From Candidatus Omnitrophota bacterium (GTDB taxonomy: Bacteria; Omnitrophota; Gorgyraeia; Gygaellales; Profunditerraquicolaceae), in the NCBI GenBank assembly GCA_026387315.1, contig JAPLLY010000008.1, forward strand, positions 50,069-114,068: a DNA stretch of 64,000 nucleotides, in the 5' to 3' direction. The notes beneath the pieces were generated by a model that ran no database searches, had not been told where the DNA came from, and saw nothing but the letters and a program-made list of their open reading frames with translations. The translations under genes were made by a program, and so were the position numbers. Positions within the stretch are counted from its first letter, which is position 1; the number at the start of each line of letters is the position of its first letter. Positions 51,948 through 63,994 of this stretch are shown here, in pieces.

Positions 51948-52437
51948 TTCAAAATCTCCTTATCTACCTAGATAACACCGGCGCAAATCCAATAAGCGCC
52001 GGGTGCCTATGTTTATCCCCTGGGGTCTTTTACGCAAACAATTCTAAGGGGATGTGAAAATTACCCACAATTTAAAAAAGCAATTTTCTTAATTTTGTGA
52101 ATTGTAACACACATTTATGTCGTGGTCAAGTTTTTTATTGACGCCTGTGAATATTATTGTATAATAACTAACGTTTATCTTTTTTACTTGCCCCGCTAGA
52201 TAGTTTATGATATTCTATTAAAACATATCTAAAAGGTTTGCAGGGTTTTTAGTCTTTGTTATAATTAACTTTTTTTAGCGAAACCAGATTCAACGTTTTA
52301 TCCACAGATTTATACAAGCTGTGCATAAACTGTTAATTCTGTTATTCACTCTTTAATCGCGGGCAAATCTCCCTGATGAATATGCTGCTCATAGGATAAA
52401 CTCAGGGGGAATTTAATATTTTCTCTTGGGGACGATA
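51948..52437. promoter_or_regulatory. Probable oriC / dnaA control region
   Basis: Divergent rpmH|dnaA junction. Perfect DnaA box TTATCCACA (52298-52306). Relaxed boxes TTACCCACA (52061-52069) and TGTGCATAA (52320-52328). AT-rich tracts. Confidence 0.7.
52138..52165 (+). promoter_or_regulatory. Near-consensus sigma70-type promoter (TTGACG-16 nt-TATAAT)
   Basis: Read directly. Lies about 270 nt upstream of dnaA, with DnaA boxes in between. Confidence 0.6.
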
Positions 52438-53775
52438 ATGTTGGAGCTGACCAAAAACTGGGAAGAGGCGCTAAGGGATTTAAAGATTAGGCTGGGAGAA
52501 ACTACCTACGCTACCTGGATAGCGCCGCTTAAATTCTCTAGTCAAGATAGCCAGAGCATAGATTTGGGGGCGCCGGATCAATTTTTTAAAGACTGGGTAG
52601 AAAAACACTACTTAAGGCTTATCCAGGAAACCTTAAAGCTCAAAGGTTTGGACAATCTATTAGTAAAATTGGTGGTCAGCGATACTCCGAACAATTCCAT
52701 TGTTCTCAATACTCCGCCTGAAGCAAATATAAAGAACTTACCCACCGTGGGTTTCATGAATCTTAACTCGCGTTATACATTTGAAAACTTTGTGGTGGGC
52801 GGGGCAAACCGGCATGCTCATGCTTATTCACTGGCAGTAGCTAATGGGCCGGCCAAAACATATAATCCCTTATTTATTTACGGTGGCGTGGGCTTAGGTA
52901 AAACACATCTCATTCAAGCTATTTGCCATCAAATTAAAAATAACTCTTCTTCTGGGGTAAAAATATGTTATGTTTCAAGCGAAAAATTTACTAACGAACT
53001 AATTGACGCTATTGTGCATCATTCTACTTCGGCTTTCCGCCAAAAATACCGCAACCTTGATGTTTTAGTCATTGATGATATCCATTTTATCGCCGGCAAG
53101 GAATCTACCCAGGAAGAATTTTTCCACACTTTTAACACTTTATATGACGCGCATAAACAAATTGTGTTTTCTTCAGACCGGCCGCCTAAAGAAATCACTA
53201 ATTTACAAGAAAGATTGGTTTCGCGGTTTGGTTGGGGATTAGCCACAGATATTCAACCTCCGGATTTAGAAACCCGGGCGGCGATTCTCAAGAAAAAAAT
53301 TGAACGCGAACCGGTCAATGTTCCTGATGACGTAATTTTTTTTATCGCTCAATTAATTAAAACCAATATCCGCGAATTAGAAGGGGCTTTAATCAGAACG
53401 ATTGCTTATTCTTTACTGGAAGAGGTTCCGGTTACTTTACAACTTACCAAAGAAGTGCTTAAGGATTTGCTTAAGGAACCGACAAAATTGATTACTATAG
53501 ATTTTATTCAGCGCTGCGTAGTTGAAGAGTTTGGAATTTCCTTGCAAGATCTAAAAACTAAACGGCGCAATAAACAAGTAGTTTTCCCGCGGCAAATTGC
53601 CATGTATTTAAGTAGGGAGTTAACGGAGCTATCTTTACCTGAAATTGGGGAACTTTTTGGCGGTAAAGACCATACTACGGTTTTACATTCTTACAAAAAA
53701 ATTAAGCAAGACTTAAGTAATAATCCGGAGTTAAAAGAAAGGGTAGATAAAGTTATTCAGGTTATTAAACAGTAA
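52438..53775 (+). CDS. dnaA: Chromosomal replication initiator DnaA
   Basis: YNPLFIYGGVGLGKTHL, VLVIDDIHF, and C-terminal DNA-binding HTTV. Start taken at the ATG at 52438. Confidence 0.9.
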   Translation: MLELTKNWEEALRDLKIRLGETTYATWIAPLKFSSQDSQSIDLGAPDQFFKDWVEKHYLRLIQETLKLKGLDNLLVKLVVSDTPNNSIVLNTPPEANIKNLPTVGFMNLNSRYTFENFVVGGANRHAHAYSLAVANGPAKTYNPLFIYGGVGLGKTHLIQAICHQIKNNSSSGVKICYVSSEKFTNELIDAIVHHSTSAFRQKYRNLDVLVIDDIHFIAGKESTQEEFFHTFNTLYDAHKQIVFSSDRPPKEITNLQERLVSRFGWGLATDIQPPDLETRAAILKKKIEREPVNVPDDVIFFIAQLIKTNIRELEGALIRTIAYSLLEEVPVTLQLTKEVLKDLLKEPTKLITIDFIQRCVVEEFGISLQDLKTKRRNKQVVFPRQIAMYLSRELTELSLPEIGELFGGKDHTTVLHSYKKIKQDLSNNPELKERVDKVIQVIKQ

Positions 53776-53965
53776 TTCCCAGGTTATGTGGTTATGTTTT
53801 TTGTTGTAAATCTTTTAAATATAATGTGTTATATTTTTATACACAAAAATGGTCTTATATTATGATTACTACGATTTTAAGTTTTTAAATATATATTAAT
53901 AATAGACACCCCGCGCTAATTGGTATTGCGCGGGGTGTTGTCTAGGTAGACAAGGAGAGTTTAAA
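53776..53965. promoter_or_regulatory. AT-rich dnaA-dnaN spacer with DnaA box TTATACACA (53837-53845) and an 11-bp GC hairpin (53906-53938)
   Basis: Read directly. Could be a second oriC module or DNA-unwinding element (DUE), or simply the dnaA terminator plus dnaN promoter. Confidence 0.4.
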
Positions 53966-55057
53966 ATGAAATTTAAAGTAGAAAAGATTAAATTAGTTAA
54001 TGCTATTGGAACCGTACAAAACGTGATTACCACAAAATCCGCCCTACCTATTCTTTCTAATATCTTAATTGAAGCCCAGGCAGGTACTTTAAAATTAACT
54101 GCTACGGATTTAGATATAGGAATAACCTGTGTAATCCCTGTGGATATTCAGGAAGCGGGCGCTATTACTATCCCCGCTAAGAGATTTAGTGATATTATTA
54201 AAGAATTTCCTTTAGAGGTGATTAGTGTTACTACTAAGAAAAACAACCAGGTAACCATTGATTCGGATATGTGTCAATTTAAGATTATGGGATTAATTAA
54301 AGAAGAATTTCCTAAGCTGCCTGAGTTTCAGGATAAGCAGGCGATTAAGATTGACCAGGGGGTTTTTAAGCAAATGCTATCCTTAACTGCTTTCGCGGTA
54401 TCTTTGGATGAAACACGCTATGTTTTAAATGGTATTCTTTTTAAAATTAACAAAAGCCTGCTAACCTTAGTATCTACTGATGGCAAAAGGTTGGCCCTAG
54501 CAGAGAGGAAATTAACCCTAGAACCAGGTGTGGATATAAGTATGATTGTGCCGCTTAAAACAATTCAGGAATTAAATCGTAATCTTAAAGATGAGGGTGA
54601 GTTATCGTTGGTGGTGAGTAGTAATCAGGCGTTTTTTGATCTGGGTAATGTGGGGATTATTTCGCGTTTAATTGAAGGAGAATTCCCGGATTATAAACAA
54701 GTTGTTCCGCCTGTCTCGGAAAATAAGATGAAGGTGGCGCGCGGCCAGTTATTATTAGCGGTAAAAAGAGCGGCGCTCCTGGCTACGCCGGATTACCAAG
54801 CGGTTAAATTGGAGGTCTTTAAGAATAAATTGGTAATTTCTAAATCTACACCAGATGTTGGGGAGTTTCATGAAGAATTGGCGGTAGAGTACCAGGGCAG
54901 AGAGATGGTGATTGGCTTTAACCCTGTTTATTTAATCGATATTTTAAAGAACCTGAATGAAGAAACAATCAGTTTAGAGTTGACCGATGGAGAGAAGCCG
55001 GGGGTTATCCGGATTAGCGATTATGTCTACATAGTTTTACCTATGCGGCTAAATTAA
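53966..55057 (+). CDS. dnaN: DNA polymerase III beta sliding clamp
   Basis: Three-domain, 363-aa protein with a typical N-terminus (MKFKVEK..L..A...V) and C-terminus PMRL. Confidence 0.9.
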   Translation: MKFKVEKIKLVNAIGTVQNVITTKSALPILSNILIEAQAGTLKLTATDLDIGITCVIPVDIQEAGAITIPAKRFSDIIKEFPLEVISVTTKKNNQVTIDSDMCQFKIMGLIKEEFPKLPEFQDKQAIKIDQGVFKQMLSLTAFAVSLDETRYVLNGILFKINKSLLTLVSTDGKRLALAERKLTLEPGVDISMIVPLKTIQELNRNLKDEGELSLVVSSNQAFFDLGNVGIISRLIEGEFPDYKQVVPPVSENKMKVARGQLLLAVKRAALLATPDYQAVKLEVFKNKLVISKSTPDVGEFHEELAVEYQGREMVIGFNPVYLIDILKNLNEETISLELTDGEKPGVIRISDYVYIVLPMRLN

Positions 55058-55066
55058 AAATAGTAT

Positions 55067-55354
55067 ATGGAGCTTTTAAAAAACACACTAGATGATGTTA
55101 TGCGTCAGTTGAGTGCTAAAAAAACCGTTTTTCAGGATACTGGCCCACAACAGTGGTTAAAAAAAACCTTGACAAAGAAGGAGTTGGAGCATATAAAAGT
55201 TAAATATTTCAGCAAAGGGATTCTGGGTTTAAGCGTAGATTCTTCGGCCTGGTTATATATTTTAAGCTTAAAAAAAGAAGAGCTGCTTAGGGAGCTAAAA
55301 AAAGAAAATCCGGAATTAAAAAATATCTATTTCCGTATCGGAGAAATTTCGTGA
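55067..55354 (+). CDS. DUF721 (DciA-like) small protein
   Basis: 95 aa in the usual position after dnaN. ...GILGLSVDSSAWLYILSLKKEELLREL fits the DUF721 pattern as I recall it. Confidence 0.5.
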   Translation: MELLKNTLDDVMRQLSAKKTVFQDTGPQQWLKKTLTKKELEHIKVKYFSKGILGLSVDSSAWLYILSLKKEELLRELKKENPELKNIYFRIGEIS

Positions 55355-55376
55355 CCCATTCGATGGTTCGACATAG

Positions 55377-57893
<2,517 letters not shown>

Positions 57894-57904
57894 TGTTAAA
57901 TCCA

Positions 57905-58034
57905 AAACTCGAAACCCTAAATTCTAAATAAGCGGTAAGCTGTAAGCCTACTGCTTACCGCTTAAAACTTAATGCTTAAAGTTTTAGTTTCGGATTTAGG
58001 ATTTGTTTAGAGTTTAGGACCTAGGGTTTAAAAC
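57905..58034. repeat. Long imperfect palindrome with TAAGC/GCTTA heptamer core in the gyrB-gyrA spacer
   Basis: AAACCCTAAATTCTAAAT ... GGTAAGCTGTAAGCC-tact-GCTTACCGCTTA ... TTTAGGACCTAGGGTTT. Confidence 0.75.
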
Positions 58035-60467
58035 ATGTATACGCGTAACGAAAAAATAATTCAGGTTTATATTGAGGATGAGGTTAAGGATTCTTACTTA
58101 AATTACGCCATGAGCGTAATTGTCGGCCGGGCTCTGCCGGATGTGCGTGATGGCTTAAAGCCTGTGCACCGCCGGATTCTTTACGCGATGCAAGAGCTTA
58201 ATCTGGAACACTCTAAGCCCTATAAGAAATGCGCGCGTATTGTGGGCGAAACTATGGGTAAGTACCATCCGCATGGGGACGTGGCAATTTATGATACCTT
58301 AGTCAGAATGGCCCAGGATTTTTCTTTACGTTATCCATTGGTGGACGGCCAAGGAAATTTCGGATCAGTTGATGGTGACGCAGCAGCAGCTATGCGCTAC
58401 ACAGAGGCGCGCCTGGCCGCGGTTAGCGACGAGATGTTGGCTGATATTGAAAAAGAAACCGTAAATTTTGGGCCAAATTTCGATTCTTCTTTAAAAGAGC
58501 CTTTGCTTTTACCGGCGGCCCTGCCTAATCTTTTGGTTAATGGTTCAAGCGGGATTGCCGTGGGCATGGCGACGAATATCCCGCCGCATAATTTAAATGA
58601 AGTTTGCGAGGCGATTATGTATCTGCTGGATCACCCGGAGGCGGAAATTAAAGACCTGATGCGTTATATTAAGGGCCCGGATTTTCCCACTGGCGGCTTA
58701 ATTTGCGGTAAGGCCGGGATTAAGGACGCGTATATGACTGGCCGGGGCAAACTTCTGGTGCGGGCTAAGGCCACTGTGGAGCACCAGAAGAACGGCAAAG
58801 ATTTAATTATTTTTACCGAGATTCCTTATCAGGTGCAAAAATCCGGGCTAATTGAGTCCATTGCCGGTTTAGTGGATGATAAAAAAATCGAAGGTATATC
58901 CGATATTCGCGATGAATCCGATAAAGACGGTATGCGCATTGTGGTTGAGCTTAAGCGCGATACCGAATCTCAGATTGTTTTAAATCAGCTTTTTAAGCAC
59001 ACGCAATTAGAAAATACCTTTGGGATTATTATGCTGGCCTTGGTGGATAACCGGCCAAAAGTTTTAAATTTACGCCAGGTATTAGATTGTTATATCGAAC
59101 ATCGCAGAGTGGTTATCCGCAGGCGCACGCAGTTTGAACTGGATAAAGCTTTAAAGCGCGCGCATATCTTAGAAGGTTTAAAAATCGCGCTTAAATTTAT
59201 TGACCGGATTATTAAAGTGATTAAAACCTCTAAAAGCGTGGAAGCGGCTAAACTAAATTTAATGCAGGAGTTTGAACTTTCTGAACTTCAGTCGCAGGCC
59301 ATCTTAGAAATGCAGCTGCAGCGCCTTACGGCTCTGGAGCGCGATAAGCTTGATGCAGAATATGCCGAGCTCCTCAAGAAGATCGAATTATGCCGGGCGA
59401 TTTTAGCCTCACTTAAAAAGATCGAAGCAATTATTAAGGAAGAGCTGCTGGATTTAATGAAAAAATATGGGGACAGCCGCCGCACGGATATTGTGGGAGA
59501 GACAGAGGAGCTGGAAGTTGAAGATTTAATTGCCGATGAGGATGTGGTGGTTACCATCAGCCACGGCGGTTATATTAAACGCTTGCCGGTAAGTTCGTAT
59601 CGTAAACAAAAGCGCGGAGGAACCGGAGCCATGGGGGCGGAATTAAAAGATGAAGATTTTAGCGAGCATCTTTTTGTAGCCTCCACTAAAGATTACCTGC
59701 TTATTTTTACGGATAAAGGACAGGTGCATTGGTTGAAGGTTTATGAAATCCCTCAAGCTAGCCGCATATCTAAGGGGAAAGCTATTGTTAATTTGGTGCA
59801 GATGGAGCAGTCAGCTAAAGTTAGCTCGACCATTCCGGTTAAAGAATTTTCTGCCGATAAATACCTGGTAATGGTTACCAAGCTGGGGCAAATTAAGAAG
59901 ACTAAACTTGACGCGTACGGTAATCCGCGCAAAGGAGGAATTATCGGGATTACTTTAGATAAATTGGACGCGTTGATTGGCGTGGAGATGACCGATGGAA
60001 AACAAGAGCTGCTCATTGGAACCCGGCAAGGCAAGGCCATAAGATTCTCTGAAGAAAAAGTGCGCGAAATGGGCAGGGGGGCGCGCGGGGTGCGGGGAAT
60101 ATCTTTGGCTAAAAAAGATGAAGTTATTGATATGGTGGTTCCGCAAAAGGCTTCCACTATTCTGACCGTGACCGAGCTGGGTTTTGCCAAACGTACCACC
60201 ATCGACGAGTACCGGCTAACCAGCCGCGGCGGTAAAGGGGTAATCAATGTTAAGGTTACCAATAAAAACGGCCAGGCAGTAAATTTAAAAACTGTAAATG
60301 ATAAAGATGAACTTATGGTCATTACTCAGAATGGAATATTCTTGCGCTGCGCGATAAAAGATATCCGTGAAACCGGGCGCTCATCGCAAGGGGTACGTTT
60401 AATTAAGCTGCAGGATAAAGATCGAGTTTCCTGTGTTGCTCCGGTAATCGCGGAGGAGGAAACATGA
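58035..60467 (+). CDS. gyrA: DNA gyrase subunit A
   Basis: [24 protein letters not shown], the active-site [10 protein letters not shown], and a C-terminal beta-pinwheel. Confidence 0.95.
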   Translation: MYTRNEKIIQVYIEDEVKDSYLNYAMSVIVGRALPDVRDGLKPVHRRILYAMQELNLEHSKPYKKCARIVGETMGKYHPHGDVAIYDTLVRMAQDFSLRYPLVDGQGNFGSVDGDAAAAMRYTEARLAAVSDEMLADIEKETVNFGPNFDSSLKEPLLLPAALPNLLVNGSSGIAVGMATNIPPHNLNEVCEAIMYLLDHPEAEIKDLMRYIKGPDFPTGGLICGKAGIKDAYMTGRGKLLVRAKATVEHQKNGKDLIIFTEIPYQVQKSGLIESIAGLVDDKKIEGISDIRDESDKDGMRIVVELKRDTESQIVLNQLFKHTQLENTFGIIMLALVDNRPKVLNLRQVLDCYIEHRRVVIRRRTQFELDKALKRAHILEGLKIALKFIDRIIKVIKTSKSVEAAKLNLMQEFELSELQSQAILEMQLQRLTALERDKLDAEYAELLKKIELCRAILASLKKIEAIIKEELLDLMKKYGDSRRTDIVGETEELEVEDLIADEDVVVTISHGGYIKRLPVSSYRKQKRGGTGAMGAELKDEDFSEHLFVASTKDYLLIFTDKGQVHWLKVYEIPQASRISKGKAIVNLVQMEQSAKVSSTIPVKEFSADKYLVMVTKLGQIKKTKLDAYGNPRKGGIIGITLDKLDALIGVEMTDGKQELLIGTRQGKAIRFSEEKVREMGRGARGVRGISLAKKDEVIDMVVPQKASTILTVTELGFAKRTTIDEYRLTSRGGKGVINVKVTNKNGQAVNLKTVNDKDELMVITQNGIFLRCAIKDIRETGRSSQGVRLIKLQDKDRVSCVAPVIAEEET

Positions 60468-60599
60468 AACCCGACCCTGTCGTCTTCCCGCCAGATTATT
60501 AGAGGGTAGGCGGGATCCCGTTTCCAAAATATAAAATCTAGGGAAATGGGAAGCCTGGTGTCAGGTAATGTAACTATTGTATATTATGACGTATATTAT

Positions 60600-60674
60600 G
60601 ACCCCATCGTCTAGCCTGGTCTAGGACAAGAGCTTTTCAAGCTCTCGACACGGGTCCAAATCCCGTTGGGGTCA
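60600..60674 (+). tRNA. tRNA-Glu (anticodon UUC), no encoded CCA
   Basis: Hand-folded: GACCCCA acceptor, anticodon arm AGAGC-TTTTCAA-GCTCT, T arm ACGGG-TCCAAAT-CCCGT. Confidence 0.85.
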
Positions 60675-60693
60675 TTAAATTTAAGGTGCTATT

Positions 60694-62532
60694 GTGTGCG
60701 GAATAGTCGGATATATCGGGGCGCAAGAAGCGCAGCCTATTCTTTTAACCGGTTTGAAACGCCTGGAATATCGCGGCTATGATTCAAGCGGTATAGCATT
60801 AATCTCCCCCAAAAAAAATAGCATAGGAATAAGAAAAGCCCCCGGAAAAATCAGCGCGTTAGAAAAATTAGTTAAAAACAAGCCTCTTAGCGGTGTAGTT
60901 GGTATTGCGCATACGCGCTGGGCAACGCATGGAGCCCCTACGCAGGCTAACGCTCACCCGCACCATGATTGTGCCGGGCAGATTGCTGTTGTGCACAATG
61001 GAATTATTGAAAATTATGAAGCGCTTAAAATCCAGCTGATTAAAGAAGGGCATATCTTTCGCAGCCAGACGGATACCGAAGTAATCGTACATTTAATTGA
61101 AAAATTTTATAAAAATATTCCTCTGGAAGAAGCAGTATCTATGGCGCTTAAGCTGTTAGTGGGTTCATTTGCTATCGGAGTAATTTCAACTAATGAGCCA
61201 AATAAGCTAGTGGGGGCCCGGCTAGGCAGTCCCTTAATTATCGGGGTGGGCAAAGGGGAAAATTTTCTGGCCTCGGATGTTCCGGCAGTCCTGGGTTTTA
61301 CCAAAGAGGTTGTGTTTCTTGACGAAAATGAAATTGTAGTTTTAGATAAAGATCATTTTAAAATTAGTAACCTTGAGGGAAAAACTGTTTTTAAGGCAAC
61401 CACGCATATTAGCTGGGATATTGATCAGGCAGAAAAATCAGGGTTTGATCATTTTATGCTTAAAGAAATTAATGAACAGCCCGAAATTCTGGAAAATTTA
61501 ATTAATTCCCGCATACATAAGAAAACCGGTAAGATATTTTTCCAAGAGCAGAACATTCCGGAAACCAAACTCCAAGATATAAAAAATATTTTTATTGTCG
61601 CTTGCGGTACCGCCTATCATGCCGGCATAGTCGCTAAATACGCGCTGGAATCACTTTGCCAGGTCCCCGCGCAAATCGATGTTTCCAGCGAATTCAGGTA
61701 TCGGGATCTTTTGATTGGACCGGAGACACTGGTAATTGCCATCAGTCAGTCTGGCGAGACCGCGGATACTTTAGCCGGTGTTCGGGAGGCTAAGCGGCGC
61801 GGCTGCAGCGTAATTTCTATATGTAATGTTTTAGGTTCAACGCTGACCCGTGAATCCGACGGCGTAATTTATATTCATGCCGGCCCGGAGATCGGAGTTG
61901 CCTCGACTAAAGCTTACACCGCTCAACTAACCGCGCTGTACTTATTTGCTTTTTATCTGGCCCAGATCAAAGGAGTTTTATCTAGCGCCAGGATTAATAA
62001 ATTATTAACACAGCTGCGCAAGGTTCCTCAATATCAGACGGAGATTCTTAAAGAGCAGAAACGTATTGCTGTTTTAGCGCGTAAACATTCGCACTTGGGG
62101 TCGTTTCTATATTTAGGCAGGAACGTAAATTACCCTTCGGCTTTAGAAGGGGCCTTGAAACTAAAAGAGATCTCCTATATTCCGGCCGAAGGTTACGCGG
62201 CCGGAGAGATGAAGCATGGGCCAATTGCTTTAATTGATGAATATCGGGCGGTGGTTTGTATCGCGCCCGTCTCTAAGGTTTACGAAAAGATGGTTTCTAA
62301 TATTCAGGAGATTCGTTCCCGTAAAGGAAAAATTATTGCCATTGCCACCGCCGGCGACCAAGAGATTAAAGAATTAACCCGTGAAGTAATTTATATCCCC
62401 AAAATAGAGGAAATATTTTCTCCGCTTTTAGTGGTTCTGCCGCTACAGTTGATGGCCTATCATATTGCTGTCAAGCGCGGGTGCGATGTGGATCAGCCGC
62501 GCAATTTAGCCAAGTCAGTAACCGTGGAATGA
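60694..62532 (+). CDS. glmS: Glutamine--fructose-6-phosphate aminotransferase
   Basis: (M)CGIVGYIG N-terminal nucleophile, two SIS domains, and C-terminal AKSVTVE. GTG start after AAGGTG. Confidence 0.95.
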   Translation: MCGIVGYIGAQEAQPILLTGLKRLEYRGYDSSGIALISPKKNSIGIRKAPGKISALEKLVKNKPLSGVVGIAHTRWATHGAPTQANAHPHHDCAGQIAVVHNGIIENYEALKIQLIKEGHIFRSQTDTEVIVHLIEKFYKNIPLEEAVSMALKLLVGSFAIGVISTNEPNKLVGARLGSPLIIGVGKGENFLASDVPAVLGFTKEVVFLDENEIVVLDKDHFKISNLEGKTVFKATTHISWDIDQAEKSGFDHFMLKEINEQPEILENLINSRIHKKTGKIFFQEQNIPETKLQDIKNIFIVACGTAYHAGIVAKYALESLCQVPAQIDVSSEFRYRDLLIGPETLVIAISQSGETADTLAGVREAKRRGCSVISICNVLGSTLTRESDGVIYIHAGPEIGVASTKAYTAQLTALYLFAFYLAQIKGVLSSARINKLLTQLRKVPQYQTEILKEQKRIAVLARKHSHLGSFLYLGRNVNYPSALEGALKLKEISYIPAEGYAAGEMKHGPIALIDEYRAVVCIAPVSKVYEKMVSNIQEIRSRKGKIIAIATAGDQEIKELTREVIYIPKIEEIFSPLLVVLPLQLMAYHIAVKRGCDVDQPRNLAKSVTVE

Positions 62533-62542
62533 TAAATCCGAG

Positions 62543-62598
62543 ATAAGCCGTAAGTCTTAAGCTGTAAGCTTAAATCTTATAACTTACAACTTACCGCT
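62543..62598. repeat. Eight heptamer units forming an imperfect palindrome (ATAAGCC GTAAGTC TTAAGCT GTAAGCT TAAATCT TATAACT TACAACT TACCGCT)
   Basis: Read directly. Lies in the glmS-rsmI spacer. Confidence 0.85.
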
Positions 62599-62608
62599 AA
62601 ATTTAAAT

Positions 62609-63262
62609 ATGTTATATATTGTCGCAACCCCCATTGGCAATTTAAAGGATATAACCTTCCGAGCTATAGAGGTTCTTAAATTCGTAGACCTGATTGCCTG
62701 TGAAGATACGCGGCACACTAAAATCTTACTGCGGCATTATGAGATTAAAACTCCCACTACCAGCTTTTTTCAGCACAACCGGTTTACCAAGGGTGAGTAT
62801 TTACTGGGTTTATTAAAAGCAGGGAAAAATATTGCTTTGGTTTCGGATGCCGGCACCCCGGGGATTCTGGATCCCGGATATAATTTAATTAACCTGGCGA
62901 TACAAAATAACCTAAAGATGACTTTTATTCCCGGCGCCACGGCTTTTATAAATGCGCTCGTATTGTCAGGGAAACCGGCTCATGAATTTTATTTTGCCGT
63001 GTTTTTACTTAACCGCACCGGCGCGCGCAAAAATCAACTTGAGAAATTAAAGCAACTTAAGCGCACCCTGGTTTTTTATGAATCCTGCCATAGGATTTTG
63101 GCTAGCCTGGAGGATATTAGCTTGGTTTTTGGGGATAAGGAAATTACGGTAGCCAGGGAGTTAACTAAGAAATTTGAGGAGATCCTGCGCGCTAGCCCTA
63201 AAATTATTCAAGAAAAGCTGAGCGCAAATAAGCCTCGCGGTGAGTTTGTAATTGTAATTTAA
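62609..63262 (+). CDS. rsmI: 16S rRNA (cytidine1402-2'-O)-methyltransferase
   Basis: MLYIVATPIGNLKDITFRAIEVLKFVDLIACEDTRHT, SDAGTPGI. Confidence 0.9.
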   Translation: MLYIVATPIGNLKDITFRAIEVLKFVDLIACEDTRHTKILLRHYEIKTPTTSFFQHNRFTKGEYLLGLLKAGKNIALVSDAGTPGILDPGYNLINLAIQNNLKMTFIPGATAFINALVLSGKPAHEFYFAVFLLNRTGARKNQLEKLKQLKRTLVFYESCHRILASLEDISLVFGDKEITVARELTKKFEEILRASPKIIQEKLSANKPRGEFVIVI

Positions 63263-63280
63263 ATAAATATTCATAAAAAT

Positions 63281-63321
63281 CCAGGGGACGGCTCTCTTTT
63301 TTTAAGAGAACCGTCCCCTGG
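63281..63321 (+). terminator. GGGGACGG family hairpin after rsmI (18-bp stem, one mismatch)
   Basis: CCAGGGGACGGCTCTCTT-ttttt-AAGAGAACCGTCCCCTGG, followed by ATTC. Confidence 0.7.
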
Positions 63322-63349
63322 ATTCTAAGCTTAAAGCTTAAAACTTTCC

Positions 63350-63377
63350 TTGACAAAGAGGAAGCAAATGATATACT
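63350..63377 (+). promoter_or_regulatory. Sigma70-type promoter TTGACA-16 nt-TATACT
   Basis: Read directly. Confidence 0.55.
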
Positions 63378-63429
63378 TAAATAAGGTTAACCTTTAAGCC
63401 CGGCTCAGAGAAGCTGGTAAGGTGTGAAA

Positions 63430-63498
63430 ATGAATAAAATAAAGTTGCAGAATATGAGCCCTTGGCCAACAAAGCCAGGGGTATTTTTTTGTCACTGA
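63430..63498 (+). CDS. Possible 22-aa mini-ORF (MNKIKLQNMSPWPTKPGVFFCH*) within a short promoter-terminator unit
   Basis: AAGGTG lies 6 nt upstream of the ATG. Its 3' half is the terminator hairpin. The unit could equally be a non-coding sRNA. Confidence 0.25.
   Translation: MNKIKLQNMSPWPTKPGVFFCH
63459..63490 (+). terminator. Rho-independent terminator CCCTTGGC-caacaaa-GCCAGGGG + TATTTTTTT
   Basis: Read directly. Confidence 0.65.
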
Positions 63499-63530
63499 GA
63501 TACTGAAAAAGACTGGGGCACTGAGGCGCT
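63491..63530. repeat. Two forward CACTGAG-type boxes upstream of the GxxExxY gene
   Basis: GTCACTGAGATACTGAAAAA (63491-63510) and GCACTGAGGCGCT (63518-63530). Confidence 0.8.
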
Positions 63531-63538
63531 AAAATAAA

Positions 63539-63919
63539 TTGGCAATAGATAATAAATATTTATACAGCGAGATAACCGATAAAATTATAGAATTAGCAAT
63601 AAAAGTACATAAAACACTTGGACCGGGGTTTATTGAAAAATTTTATGAAAAGGCACTAATATTTGAATTTTCTAAAAATAATGTAGAATACGTTATTCAA
63701 AAAACAATAAATGTTAAATACGGGGATCTTTTACTTGGAATTCAAAGGATTGATTTGGTGGTTGAAAACAAGGTTATCGTAGAACTGAAAGTTGTGTCAG
63801 AGATTAACGATATAAACGTTGCCCAAATCGTTTCTTATCTTAAGGCTTCGGGATTTAAAATAGGGTTGGTATTAAATTTTGCAAAGAATAAATTAGAAAT
63901 TAAGCGAATAATTACATAA
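63539..63919 (+). CDS. GxxExxY family protein (PD-(D/E)XK-like)
   Basis: LGPGFIEKFYEKALIFEF (GxxExxY), DLVVENKVIVELK, and a typical length of about 125 aa. TTG start. Confidence 0.75.
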   Translation: MAIDNKYLYSEITDKIIELAIKVHKTLGPGFIEKFYEKALIFEFSKNNVEYVIQKTINVKYGDLLLGIQRIDLVVENKVIVELKVVSEINDINVAQIVSYLKASGFKIGLVLNFAKNKLEIKRIIT

Positions 63920-63920
63920 C

Positions 63921-63994
63921 TCAGCGCCTCAGTGACAAAAAATGAAACACTAAAAAAATTTCAGTACCTCATGTTTTTTCAGCGCCTCAGTGAC
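63921..63994. repeat. Three reverse CACTGAG-type boxes downstream of the GxxExxY gene
   Basis: TCAGCGCCTCAGTGAC (63921-63936), TTTCAGTACCTCATG (63958-63972) and TCAGCGCCTCAGTGAC (63979-63994). All are inverted relative to the upstream boxes. Confidence 0.8.

Noticed and set aside
59753-60322. 189-aa antisense ORF inside gyrA, and many similar 60-120-aa antisense ORFs listed in the track
   Set aside because: They lie opposite well-supported conserved genes, lack RBSs, and have low-complexity Ser/Leu/Pro-rich translations typical of antisense frames.
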